A stretch of DNA of 64,000 nucleotides from Bacilli bacterium (GTDB lineage: Bacteria > Bacillota_I > Bacilli_A > RFN20 > CAG-826), in NCBI GenBank assembly GCA_045130875.1, contig JBGUQI010000011.1:73828-137827 (forward strand). The letters are read 5' to 3'. The translations under genes and the position numbers were made by a program. Of the stretch, positions 1 through 7,615 are shown one piece after another (within the stretch, counting starts at the first letter, position 1; the number at the start of each line of letters is the position of its first letter). Below the pieces are notes generated by a model. The model did not search any database. It was not told where the DNA came from and was given only the letters and a program-made list of their open reading frames with translations.

Positions 1-520
1 AGGCAATAACACAAGCCGCCACAATACCCATAGCAATATAATTCATCATTAAAGTAAATAATGTTTCATTTGTGTTAAATCTCGCTTTAAAGAAAGCGGG
101 AATAAATGACCAAGTTGCCGCAAAAATAACAGCCATTATTATTTCAATAATAATAGCAATGAAATTAGGAACATGAGGAGCAATAAATTTCAAAGCGATT
201 AAGGCACCTAAAGCACCCATCAAAACTTGACCTTCAGCGCCGATATTCCAGAACTTCATTTTGAAAGCCGGAGTTAATGCGACAGCGATAATAAATAATA
301 AAGCGGTTTCCCATAGCAACTTGACAATTGTTTTAGCGCTGTAGAATGTGCCATTGAACATATATTCATAGAAGCTTCCAAAACTTCCGGGTTTAACAAT
401 TGTGGATAAGATGCCACAAACTAATAAGGCAAAAACCACAAACGCGGCCTTCACAATGATTCTCTTCCAAAGTTTCATCTCTGGACGACGGCTAATTCTT
501 ACAATTCTTTCTCTTTCCAC
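1..520 (-). CDS. ABC transporter permease of the BMP/nucleoside importer (N-terminal part; gene runs off the left edge)
   Basis: Not in the ORF track because it leaves the window. The reverse frame opens with GTG at 520-518, 5 nt after the ATPase stop. It reads VERERIVRISRRPEMKLWKRIIVKAAFVVFALLVCGIL...TPAFKMKFWNIGAEGQVLMGALGALIALK, a multi-TM sequence with the FNIGxEGQ block typical of YufP/NupP-type permeases. It lies downstream of the SBP and tandem ATPase. Confidence 0.75.
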   Translation of the reverse strand, partial: MERERIVRISRRPEMKLWKRIIVKAAFVVFALLVCGILSTIVKPGSFGSFYEYMFNGTFYSAKTIVKLLWETALLFIIAVALTPAFKMKFWNIGAEGQVLMGALGALIALKFIAPHVPNFIAIIIEIIMAVIFAATWSFIPAFFKARFNTNETLFTLMMNYIAMGIVAACVIA

Positions 521-525
521 GATGA

Positions 526-2274
526 TTAAGCCTCCTCGTGTTTGGTCATTAACAAACCAACCTCGTCCTTATTGATGTGTCTAGCATCTACGATGCCAGT
601 GATTCTTCCATCGCATAAAACCAATATACGATCGCATAAAGCGATTAAAACATCTAAGTCTTCACCGACAAATACAACACCTATACCATTTCTTTTTTGT
701 TCGTCTAACAAGTTGTAAATCAAATAAGAAGAATTAACATCAAGTCCTCTTACTGGATAAGCCGCCATAAAGACTTTAGGAGCTAGATTTATTTCTCTAC
801 CCACTAATACTTTTTGGACATTACCACCAGATAGTTTAGAAACATTAATCGATGTATTTGGCGTAGCCACATTTAATTCTTCGATAATCTTTTGAGTCAC
901 ATCTTTGGGTTTATTTCTATCAACAAAACCACCTTGACCATGACGATAAGATCTAAGCATGACATTATCTACTAATGACATATTGCCAACAAGGCCCATA
1001 CCTAATCTATCTTCCGGAACAAAGCTTAATCTAATACCAAGGCCTCTAATCTCTTTAGGATTCTTACCTTTGAGGTCGACGATTTCATCTTCATTGAATA
1101 AAACTTTCTCTTCATTCACTAGACTAGTGATTTGTTTATTCTTCATACCAGCAAAAGAAACGGGAGTGCCATCCTCATAATGGAAGGCATTCATCTTCGC
1201 CAAATCTTTTACTCTCTTTAAAGTTTTATGATAGAAAGTAACTGGTTTATCTTTCTTGGGATTTTGGAAAATGACAGAACCACTTTCATAGGGTCTTAAA
1301 CCTTGAATAGCTTCTAATAATTCTTTCTGCCCAGAACCAGAAATACCCGCAATTCCCAGTATTTCTCCACTTTTTATCGTAAAACTTGCATTTTTAATGG
1401 CTAAACGACCATCATTGTTTTTAACACATAAATCAGTGACGAATAAACGATCTTCGACATTCTTAGGAACGGAACGATGAATCTTTAAATCCACCTTCTC
1501 ACCCATCATCATATCGGTTAATTGTTTCATATTGGTTTCGCTAGTTTTAACCGTATCAATATGTTCGCCTTTTCTAAAGATGGCCACTCTATCGCTTATC
1601 TCCATAACTTCATTTAATTTATGAGTAATGATGACGATGGATTTGCCATCTTTCTTCATATTCTTTACCACAGCGAATAATTTTCTAATCTCTTGTGGTG
1701 TTAATACCGCTGTGGGTTCATCTAAGATGAGGATATCCACACCACGATATAAGACTTTAACAATTTCTAATGTCTGTTTTTCACTAACGGACATGTTATA
1801 GACTTTCTTATTTAAGTCCATTTCAAAACCATATCTCTCACACATATCTTTGATATGTTCTATGGTTTCTTTCATAGTAAAACGTTTAATTCTACCTTTT
1901 TCATCTTTGATATTAATGCCATTTCTTTCCGCATAACGGATGTTGTCTTCTTTGGTTAATCCAAGAACAACATTCTCCGCAGCGGTAAAGACATCCACTA
2001 ATTTGAAGTGTTGATGCACCATTCCAATACCATGGCTTAATGAATCACGAGGAGATCTGAGAACTACTTCTTGGCCATTGATAAAAACCTTTCCTTCTTC
2101 AGGTGCATAGATGCCAGCAATGACATTCATCGCGCTAGTTTTACCAGAACCATTCTCCCCTAATATAGAAAGAATCTCGCCCTTATATAGATCGAGATTA
2201 ACGTTTTTATTGGCCACTACTTCACCAAAAGTTTTGGTGATGCCTTGTAATTCTATAACTTTTTCTTGATTCAT
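526..2274 (-). CDS. ABC transporter ATP-binding protein, tandem-cassette (RbsA/NupO type) of the BMP nucleoside importer
   Basis: 582 aa with two cassettes: Walker A GENGSGKT and GISGSGQ, signature-like SVSEKQ and LSGGNVQK, Walker B ILILDEPT. The second cassette carries an extra Lys-rich insert (approx residues 335-400). Confidence 0.9.
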   Translation of the reverse strand: MNQEKVIELQGITKTFGEVVANKNVNLDLYKGEILSILGENGSGKTSAMNVIAGIYAPEEGKVFINGQEVVLRSPRDSLSHGIGMVHQHFKLVDVFTAAENVVLGLTKEDNIRYAERNGINIKDEKGRIKRFTMKETIEHIKDMCERYGFEMDLNKKVYNMSVSEKQTLEIVKVLYRGVDILILDEPTAVLTPQEIRKLFAVVKNMKKDGKSIVIITHKLNEVMEISDRVAIFRKGEHIDTVKTSETNMKQLTDMMMGEKVDLKIHRSVPKNVEDRLFVTDLCVKNNDGRLAIKNASFTIKSGEILGIAGISGSGQKELLEAIQGLRPYESGSVIFQNPKKDKPVTFYHKTLKRVKDLAKMNAFHYEDGTPVSFAGMKNKQITSLVNEEKVLFNEDEIVDLKGKNPKEIRGLGIRLSFVPEDRLGMGLVGNMSLVDNVMLRSYRHGQGGFVDRNKPKDVTQKIIEELNVATPNTSINVSKLSGGNVQKVLVGREINLAPKVFMAAYPVRGLDVNSSYLIYNLLDEQKRNGIGVVFVGEDLDVLIALCDRILVLCDGRITGIVDARHINKDEVGLLMTKHEEA

Positions 2275-2280
2275 TTTCTA

Positions 2281-2309
2281 GAAGAAAAGGGGGCAGAAAC
2301 CCGCCCCCT
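2281..2309 (-). terminator. GC-rich hairpin plus U-tract between the SBP and ATPase genes (intra-operon attenuator/partial terminator)
   Basis: Minus strand reads AGGGGGCGGGTTTCTGCCCCCTTTTCTTCT: stem GGGGGC/GCCCCC followed by a T-run. It is a striking GC island in an AT-rich spacer, located after the SBP stop and before the ATPase ATG. Confidence 0.5.
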
Positions 2310-2319
2310 AGTTGTTTAA

Positions 2320-3507
2320 TTAATCAATAATGGTGATTCCGTCGATGTCGACATCGAATGATGGAGCACTTCTATAGACGGATTCGTGATAGTAACCATC
2401 TTCAACTAGTTTGATGCCTTCTGGAACATCCCATGTAAATTGTGCACTTGGAGCACAATTTTCTTCGGTTGGGACAGCACCACCAACAGTGAATTTAGAA
2501 ATATCAAAGACGTGTCTTGTGCCAGCTTCTAATTCGGCTTTGACAGCATTAACTTTTTCAGCAGTGCCAGCAGCACAGTTATTGCTGAAGTCTGTTAATT
2601 GAACAGAACCAGTAGCGAATGTACCGACATAGTCTTTTTCTAATTCTTTACCTTTTAAACGGCAATCGATGACGTGTTCATAATATGGTTGCCAGTTAAT
2701 CTTAGAAGACACTAAGAAGGTATTTGGACATTGATCTAATGTGCTTCCGTTATAGGAAACGTTTGGAATGCCAGCGGTTTCACAAGCGTTTGGAGCACCA
2801 TAGCTATCAGCGTGTTGAGAAATAAGTGTAACATTACGACCAATCAATTTTTCAGCAGCAGTTCTTTCTTTGGTTTCATCGTACCATTCACCTGTAAAGG
2901 TAACATCCATAGTAGCATTAGAAACAACACTCCTAACGCCTAAGAAGAATGAGGTATAACCAGATTTAACTTCGGCATATGGGAAGGCACCAACATAACC
3001 GATATGAGCTTCGGCATTAGTGATATCATCGCCATATAATTCTTGTAATTTTAAACCAGCGGTAACACCGGCTAAATATCTGCCTTCATAAATGGAAGCG
3101 AAGGCATTGTAGAAATTGGCAACACCAGCAGTTGCAGCTTTAACACCTGTAGCATGACAGAACATGGTATCAGGATGGTTCTTGGCTGCTTCAATCATAT
3201 AGTCTTCATGACCAAAGGAGTCAGCAATGACAATGTCACATCCTTGTTCGGCCATTTCTTCAGCAGCGACTTGGCATGGATCACCTTCATCAATGTTTTC
3301 CTTGATGATGGCTTGGAATCCAAGTTTCTTTTGAGCGGCTTCAAAAGCTTCTCTGAAGTTCTTGTCATAAGTACTGGATGCGGCTGGGTGTAATAAGATT
3401 AAACCGACTTTTAAATCTTTAGCACTTTTTTGGGAACAGCCGGTAACTGCGGATAAGGCTAAAACGCCAGCACCGAGAAGTAATAATTTTCGTACGTTTT
3501 TGTTCAT
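2320..3507 (-). CDS. BMP-family (PnrA/Med-like) nucleoside-binding lipoprotein, ABC substrate-binding component
   Basis: 395 aa with lipobox LSAVTG|C. BMP-family blocks include KVGLILL, CDIVIADSFGH and IGYVGAFPYAEV. Strong RBS AAGGAGGT lies upstream of ATG 3507. It is first in the operon with the tandem ATPase and permease. Confidence 0.9.
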   Translation of the reverse strand: MNKNVRKLLLLGAGVLALSAVTGCSQKSAKDLKVGLILLHPAASSTYDKNFREAFEAAQKKLGFQAIIKENIDEGDPCQVAAEEMAEQGCDIVIADSFGHEDYMIEAAKNHPDTMFCHATGVKAATAGVANFYNAFASIYEGRYLAGVTAGLKLQELYGDDITNAEAHIGYVGAFPYAEVKSGYTSFFLGVRSVVSNATMDVTFTGEWYDETKERTAAEKLIGRNVTLISQHADSYGAPNACETAGIPNVSYNGSTLDQCPNTFLVSSKINWQPYYEHVIDCRLKGKELEKDYVGTFATGSVQLTDFSNNCAAGTAEKVNAVKAELEAGTRHVFDISKFTVGGAVPTEENCAPSAQFTWDVPEGIKLVEDGYYHESVYRSAPSFDVDIDGITIID

Positions 3508-3527
3508 TTTTTTACCTCCTTTGCTTC

Positions 3528-3563
3528 TAAAAAATAAAAATGAGCTTCCTTTTTGGAAGCCTC
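3528..3563 (-). terminator. Intrinsic terminator of the riboswitch expression platform
   Basis: Minus strand reads GAGGCTTCC-AAAAA-GGAAGCTC followed by ATTTTTATTTTTT: an 8-bp stem with one bulged G. It lies between the aptamer and the RBS of the BMP gene. Confidence 0.7.
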
Positions 3564-3601
3564 TACAGTATTACTTTTTTCTAAAACAAAAAGAAAAAAG
3601 A

Positions 3602-3666
3602 ATTCGTAGTACTAGATTATACGGTCTAGTGTAGAGACTACCCACCAATTAGGGAATTATACGAAT
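3602..3666 (-). promoter_or_regulatory. Purine riboswitch aptamer, guanine class (RF00167-like)
   Basis: Minus strand reads ATTCGTA-TAAT-TCCCTAATTGGTGGGTAG-TCTCTAC-ACTAGA-CCGTATAA-TCTAGT-AC-TACGAAT. P1 is 7 perfect bp (ATTCGTA/TACGAAT). It has the UAUAAU junction, a J2/3 of GUCUCUAC (consensus GUUUCUAC) and a P3 of 6 perfect bp. L2 GG and L3 CC are available for the loop-loop kiss. The specificity position in J3/1 is C (A-C-U), as in guanine-responsive members. Confidence 0.85.
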
Positions 3667-3689
3667 GTCGACTTTCTATCGACACATAT

Positions 3690-3718
3690 ATTATGGTTAG
3701 TTTCAAAGAGAAAATCAA
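3690..3718 (-). promoter_or_regulatory. Candidate sigma-70-type promoter for the riboswitch/BMP operon
   Basis: Minus strand has TTGATT (3718-3713), a 17-nt spacer, then CATAAT (3695-3690), about 25 nt upstream of P1. In AT-rich DNA such matches arise by chance. Confidence 0.35.
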
Positions 3719-3817
3719 AGGCAAAATAGCGCGGTAATTTTTTTATAATATATAAACTTTTTGTATGTGTAATTATGTACGAAAAAATACTAAAATACAT
3801 CTGTGAGGTAAGTGCAT

Positions 3818-4360
3818 ATGAAGAGCGAAAAATATTATAAAGATTACATCGGAACAATTCCTGATTTTCCTAAAAAAGGTATCATGTTCAGGGACATCAC
3901 TCCCACATTAGAGAACCCAGAAGCCTTTAAATGTGTGATCGATGATTTTGCAGCATTAGCTGAACAATATAATTTTAATAAAATTATCTGCGCTGATGCA
4001 CGCGGCTTTATCTTCGGAAGTGCTCTTGCTTATAAGTTAAATAAAGGCCTCGTCTTAGCAAGAAAACCAGGCAAATTACCATCCCCTGGATTCTCCTTTG
4101 GCTATGAACTTGAATATGGATCAAACACCCTTGTTATTCCCAAGGATTCTATCAATAAATCCGATAAAGTTTTGATTGTCGATGACTTGCTCGCTACCGG
4201 CGGAAGCGCTGGGGCAATGATGGAACTCATTAAGATGAGTGGCGCCACCCCTGCTGCTGCCTTCTTCTATATCGAACTTCCAGACTTAAATGGTAGAGCG
4301 TATATGAAAAAAGTGAATGACTTACCCATCCACTCTTTAGTATGTTTTGAAGGTGAATAA
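3818..4360 (+). CDS. apt: Adenine phosphoribosyltransferase
   Basis: Motifs PDFPKKGIMFRDITP and PRPP loop VLIVDDLLATGGSA; size is about 180 aa. The ORF-track start at 3812 is GTG; the ATG at 3818 sits 8 nt after GAGGT and is preferred. Confidence 0.9.
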   Translation: MKSEKYYKDYIGTIPDFPKKGIMFRDITPTLENPEAFKCVIDDFAALAEQYNFNKIICADARGFIFGSALAYKLNKGLVLARKPGKLPSPGFSFGYELEYGSNTLVIPKDSINKSDKVLIVDDLLATGGSAGAMMELIKMSGATPAAAFFYIELPDLNGRAYMKKVNDLPIHSLVCFEGE

Positions 4361-4927
4361 CTAGAACACCGGTTTGTTATCTTCGAAAGCTTTAATTGAA
4401 GCACCAGTAAATACTCTGATACCCAAATCTTCTAATTTATATCTTCCGCCTTGGAAGATTTTTTCTATGACCGCCGCGACACCCACTACTTCAGCGCCCG
4501 CTTTTTGGCAGATTTTTGTCAACCCTAGCGCGGCATTGCCTTCCGCTAAAAAGTCATCAGCGATTAAAACATTCATTCCTTTTCTCAAAAATTTCTTGGA
4601 AACGATAACGTTAGAAACTTTATTTCTTGTAAAGGATTTGATTTTTACTTTGTAATAATCATCGATTGTGGTTTTTGATGTCGACTTTTTGGCAAACACT
4701 AATGGGACATTAAGAATTTCCGCAATTGCGTAGGCCACAGCAATACCACTCGTCTCGATAGTTAATACCACATCAATCTTTTTATCAGAAAAAACTCTTT
4801 GAGTTTCTTTTGCAAAAGCTTTAACAACTTCTGGATCGACTTGATGATTTAAAAAACTATCCACTTTAAGGATGGAATTATTGATAATCAAACCATCTTT
4901 TAAGATTTTTTCTTCGATGCATTTCAT
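4361..4927 (-). CDS. xpt: Xanthine phosphoribosyltransferase
   Basis: Motifs LKVDSFLNHQVDP and PRPP loop VLIADDFLAEGNAA. The ATG at 4927 is preceded by GGGAG, which lies inside the guaA stop region. The stop abuts the apt stop with no spacer (convergent genes). Confidence 0.9.
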   Translation of the reverse strand: MKCIEEKILKDGLIINNSILKVDSFLNHQVDPEVVKAFAKETQRVFSDKKIDVVLTIETSGIAVAYAIAEILNVPLVFAKKSTSKTTIDDYYKVKIKSFTRNKVSNVIVSKKFLRKGMNVLIADDFLAEGNAALGLTKICQKAGAEVVGVAAVIEKIFQGGRYKLEDLGIRVFTGASIKAFEDNKPVF

Positions 4928-4932
4928 GATTG

Positions 4933-5907
4933 CTACTCCCATTCAATCGTTGCAATTGGTTTAGGTGAGATATCCACTAAAACTCTATTAACGCCTTTAA
5001 CTTCTTTTAAAATGCGGTCTCTAATCTTAAATAAGATTGGATATGGAATTTCTTCCACTGATGCACTTGTGGCATCGATAGAATTAACCGCTCTAATAAC
5101 GACCATATATTCAAAAGTTCTCTTGTTGTTTTCAATACCTGTGGATTTAAAGGGTGGAACAACAGTGAAATACTGCCAAACTTTTTGATCTAATCCACAT
5201 ACTGCAAATTCTTCTCTTAAGATAGCATCACTTTCTCTAACGAGCTCCAATCTATCACGAGTGATAGCACCAGGACATCTCACACCAAGACCTGGTCCTG
5301 GGAATGGTTGACGATAGACCATAGAATGTGGTAAGCCTAAGGCTTCTCCTACCATTCTTACTTCGTCTTTATAGAGAAATTTAACTGGTTCAACTAATTC
5401 AAAATTAAGTTCTTTAGGAAGGCCGCCGACATTATGGTGAGCCTTAACTCCAACGCTCTCTAAAATATCAGGATAAATGGTGCCTTGGCCTAAGAATTCA
5501 ATGCCATCGAGTTTCTTAGCTTCTTCCGCAAAGACATCAATGAAGATTTTTCCAATAATTTTTCTCTTTTGTTCTGGATCTTCAACGCCCGCTAAAGCAT
5601 CTAGGAATCTATCAACTGCATCGACATAGATAAGATTGGCGCCAAGTTGTTCTTTAAACACTTTGATAACTTGTTCAGATTCACCTTTTCTTAATAGTCC
5701 GTGATTGACATGAACACAGGTGAGATTTTGGCCAATGGCCTTAATGAGTAAAGCGGCACAAACTGAGGAATCGACACCTCCAGAAAGAGCTAATAAAACT
5801 TTCTTATTTCCAACTTGCTTTTTGATTGCTTCAATCTGCTCAGCAATATACTTTTCAGCAAGCTCTTTATTATTGATTCTTTTCATGTTTGGGTCTCTTA
5901 ATTCCAT
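4933..5907 (-). CDS. guaA: GMP synthase, ATP-pyrophosphatase plus dimerisation domains only (no glutamine amidotransferase domain)
   Basis: 324 aa with PP-loop LLALSGGVDSSV near residue 40 and the canonical C-terminus PIATIEWE. RBS GGAG lies 8 nt upstream of ATG 5907. Upstream is only a 116-bp spacer and then a GNAT gene, so no GATase domain is encoded here. Confidence 0.85.
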   Translation of the reverse strand: MELRDPNMKRINNKELAEKYIAEQIEAIKKQVGNKKVLLALSGGVDSSVCAALLIKAIGQNLTCVHVNHGLLRKGESEQVIKVFKEQLGANLIYVDAVDRFLDALAGVEDPEQKRKIIGKIFIDVFAEEAKKLDGIEFLGQGTIYPDILESVGVKAHHNVGGLPKELNFELVEPVKFLYKDEVRMVGEALGLPHSMVYRQPFPGPGLGVRCPGAITRDRLELVRESDAILREEFAVCGLDQKVWQYFTVVPPFKSTGIENNKRTFEYMVVIRAVNSIDATSASVEEIPYPILFKIRDRILKEVKGVNRVLVDISPKPIATIEWE

Positions 5908-5978
5908 GTGTTGTGCTCCTCTATTATTTTTTTATTATAACGCCCACATATTTCAAAAAAACACGGCAAAAAGGGCAT

Positions 5979-6005
5979 AAAAAAATAGAAACAATAACGT
6001 TTCTA
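5979..6005 (-). terminator. Intrinsic terminator after the GNAT gene
   Basis: Minus strand reads TAGAAAC-GTTATT-GTTTCTA followed by TTTTTTTAT. Confidence 0.6.
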
Positions 6006-6023
6006 CCTCTTTATAGCAACATT

Positions 6024-6635
6024 TTACTGTTCTTTATAGATGAGTGTTTCAGGATGTGAAAACTCAAATTTAATGTCTTTATTTGGGTTCTTCAAAAGAT
6101 ACAAAACACCAGGTTCAGTTTTGTCTAATTTGGTATCAAAAACTAGCTTACGGTAAGGGGCAAATCCACACTTCTCAATCACCCTTCTTGACCTATTGTT
6201 AACATCAAAATGACCGCAGAGTAAGAAGTCATAATCTAACTCTTGAAAACAATAATCAATGACCTTCTTAACCGCTTCAGTCATAAGGCCGTGTCCCCAG
6301 TAATCTTTACTTAAAACATAGCCAATTTCACGACCTCTATAATTTGTGAATTCAGTTAGCTTTTCTTCAAGGTGATATTCTTCAATTCCTAAACTGCCTA
6401 TTACCTTGTTGTTTTCTTTGTAGACTAAGGCAAAAGTTTTCTTTTCTTTTATGAATTTATTCACTCTATAGAGTGATTCATCATGATTTTGATGTGGAGG
6501 CCAACCAGCCCATTCACCAACTCCAGGAACAGAAGCATATTCAAATAAATCATCAACATCTGACAATTTCCATTCCCTTAAAAGTAGTCTTTCTGTTTCT
6601 AAAACTACACCTGTAACATCAACTTCTGCATTCAT
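6024..6635 (-). CDS. GNAT-family N-acetyltransferase (RimJ/RimL-like)
   Basis: 203 aa. It starts with ERLLLREW...DV, typical of the Acetyltransf_3 group, and has an acetyl-CoA region WGHGLMTEAVKKVIDY. The start overlaps the upstream stop as TAATG. Confidence 0.8.
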   Translation of the reverse strand: MNAEVDVTGVVLETERLLLREWKLSDVDDLFEYASVPGVGEWAGWPPHQNHDESLYRVNKFIKEKKTFALVYKENNKVIGSLGIEEYHLEEKLTEFTNYRGREIGYVLSKDYWGHGLMTEAVKKVIDYCFQELDYDFLLCGHFDVNNRSRRVIEKCGFAPYRKLVFDTKLDKTEPGVLYLLKNPNKDIKFEFSHPETLIYKEQ

Positions 6636-7042
6636 TATTTATTCCAACTAAATTTATATGATCCTTTGAAAGATTCATGAGTAATACCAATACGATATTT
6701 ACCGGGCTCCGGTAAAGCTACTTGATAATCCATGCTTTCAGAAGATACTTTTTGATAATATTGTTCTTCTTCCGTTACATCCATAATAACAATGGTTAGT
6801 GTGCCATCTTCAATTTTGACATTACTATAGATGTTTAAATCTGTATTTTCTTTAACTTTTATTTCATAAACGGTTTCGCCATCACACTTTTTACAATAAA
6901 AAGAAATGGATGAACCAGTCATATTTGAAGTGGACATTAAGGCCGTGGTATGTTCACGAACTATACGTGTTCCACCAATGCTACAACCAGTTACAAACGG
7001 AATCATTAATAACATCGGTAATTTTAATAAATTAGTTTTCAT
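6635..7042 (-). CDS. Small lipoprotein, unknown function
   Basis: Lipobox IPFVTG|CS. The ATG at 7042 (MKTNLLKL) is preceded by AAGGGG; the longer ORF-track start at 7078 would overlap the upstream GNAT gene. Confidence 0.6.
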   Translation of the reverse strand: MKTNLLKLPMLLMIPFVTGCSIGGTRIVREHTTALMSTSNMTGSSISFYCKKCDGETVYEIKVKENTDLNIYSNVKIEDGTLTIVIMDVTEEEQYYQKVSSESMDYQVALPEPGKYRIGITHESFKGSYKFSWNK

Positions 7043-7061
7043 ATTGTGCCCCTTATTAATA

Positions 7062-7574
7062 TTAAATAACCTTTTCAAAAACCATTCTATCTTTATTTGG
7101 TGTTAGGATTGCTTTCCCACAAAACACAAAACCAAATTCTTTAATGATGCTTCTCATCCTAACATTATTCTCGTGAGTATCAATTCTCAATGAATGATAA
7201 CCCTTGCTTTTCGCCACCTCAATAAAGACTTCGAATAAGGCCTTTCCATAGCCCATTGAGCGACATTCTTTTTTTACCGCAATACGGTGCATTACCATAT
7301 ATGGTAAATTGGTTAACCATTTGCCTTCATATAGGTGGTCATAATCACCTTCATGATAAGTCAAAGCACAGACACCAACGACGATATTTTCAGGAGATAA
7401 AACAACATAGAGATTTTGGTTATCTATATCTTTTAGAAAATCATCCCTATTTGGATATCCATCTTGCCATTGACCACTATTTTGGGTAGCTAAAAAACTA
7501 CGACCATCTTCAATGATTTCCATGACTACATTAATATCTTTTAAAGTGGCTAAACGATATTTCATATATTCCAT
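7062..7574 (-). CDS. GNAT-family N-acetyltransferase
   Basis: 170 aa with acetyl-CoA motif RSMGYGKALF in a beta-alpha GNAT core. Confidence 0.75.
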   Translation of the reverse strand: MEYMKYRLATLKDINVVMEIIEDGRSFLATQNSGQWQDGYPNRDDFLKDIDNQNLYVVLSPENIVVGVCALTYHEGDYDHLYEGKWLTNLPYMVMHRIAVKKECRSMGYGKALFEVFIEVAKSKGYHSLRIDTHENNVRMRSIIKEFGFVFCGKAILTPNKDRMVFEKVI

Positions 7575-7615
7575 ATTAACTTATTTCAATAAAAGGTCCA
7601 TAATCTTCATTTGGT

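Noticed and set aside
959-1180. This and about 70 other 60-120-aa ORFs in the track lie antisense to, or out of frame within, the large genes. Examples are 2411..2602, 13180..13464, 15216..15476, 24421..24774, 40623..41141, 45137..45376 and 60714..60962.
   Set aside because: Each is fully nested in a longer ORF that has clear family motifs. They lack RBSs and have skewed low-complexity composition typical of shadow ORFs in AT-rich DNA.
3657-3857. 66-aa minus-strand ORF in the ORF track
   Set aside because: It overlaps the riboswitch aptamer, its candidate promoter and the apt start. It has low-complexity composition and no RBS, so the RNA element and promoter region explain it better.
6024-7574. 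GNAT / small protein / GNAT cluster as a possible GNAT toxin-antitoxin (TacT/AtaT-like) module
   Set aside because: The small intervening gene encodes a lipoprotein with a signal peptide, not an RHH/DUF1778-type antitoxin. The GNATs resemble ordinary RimJ/L-like and general acetyltransferases.
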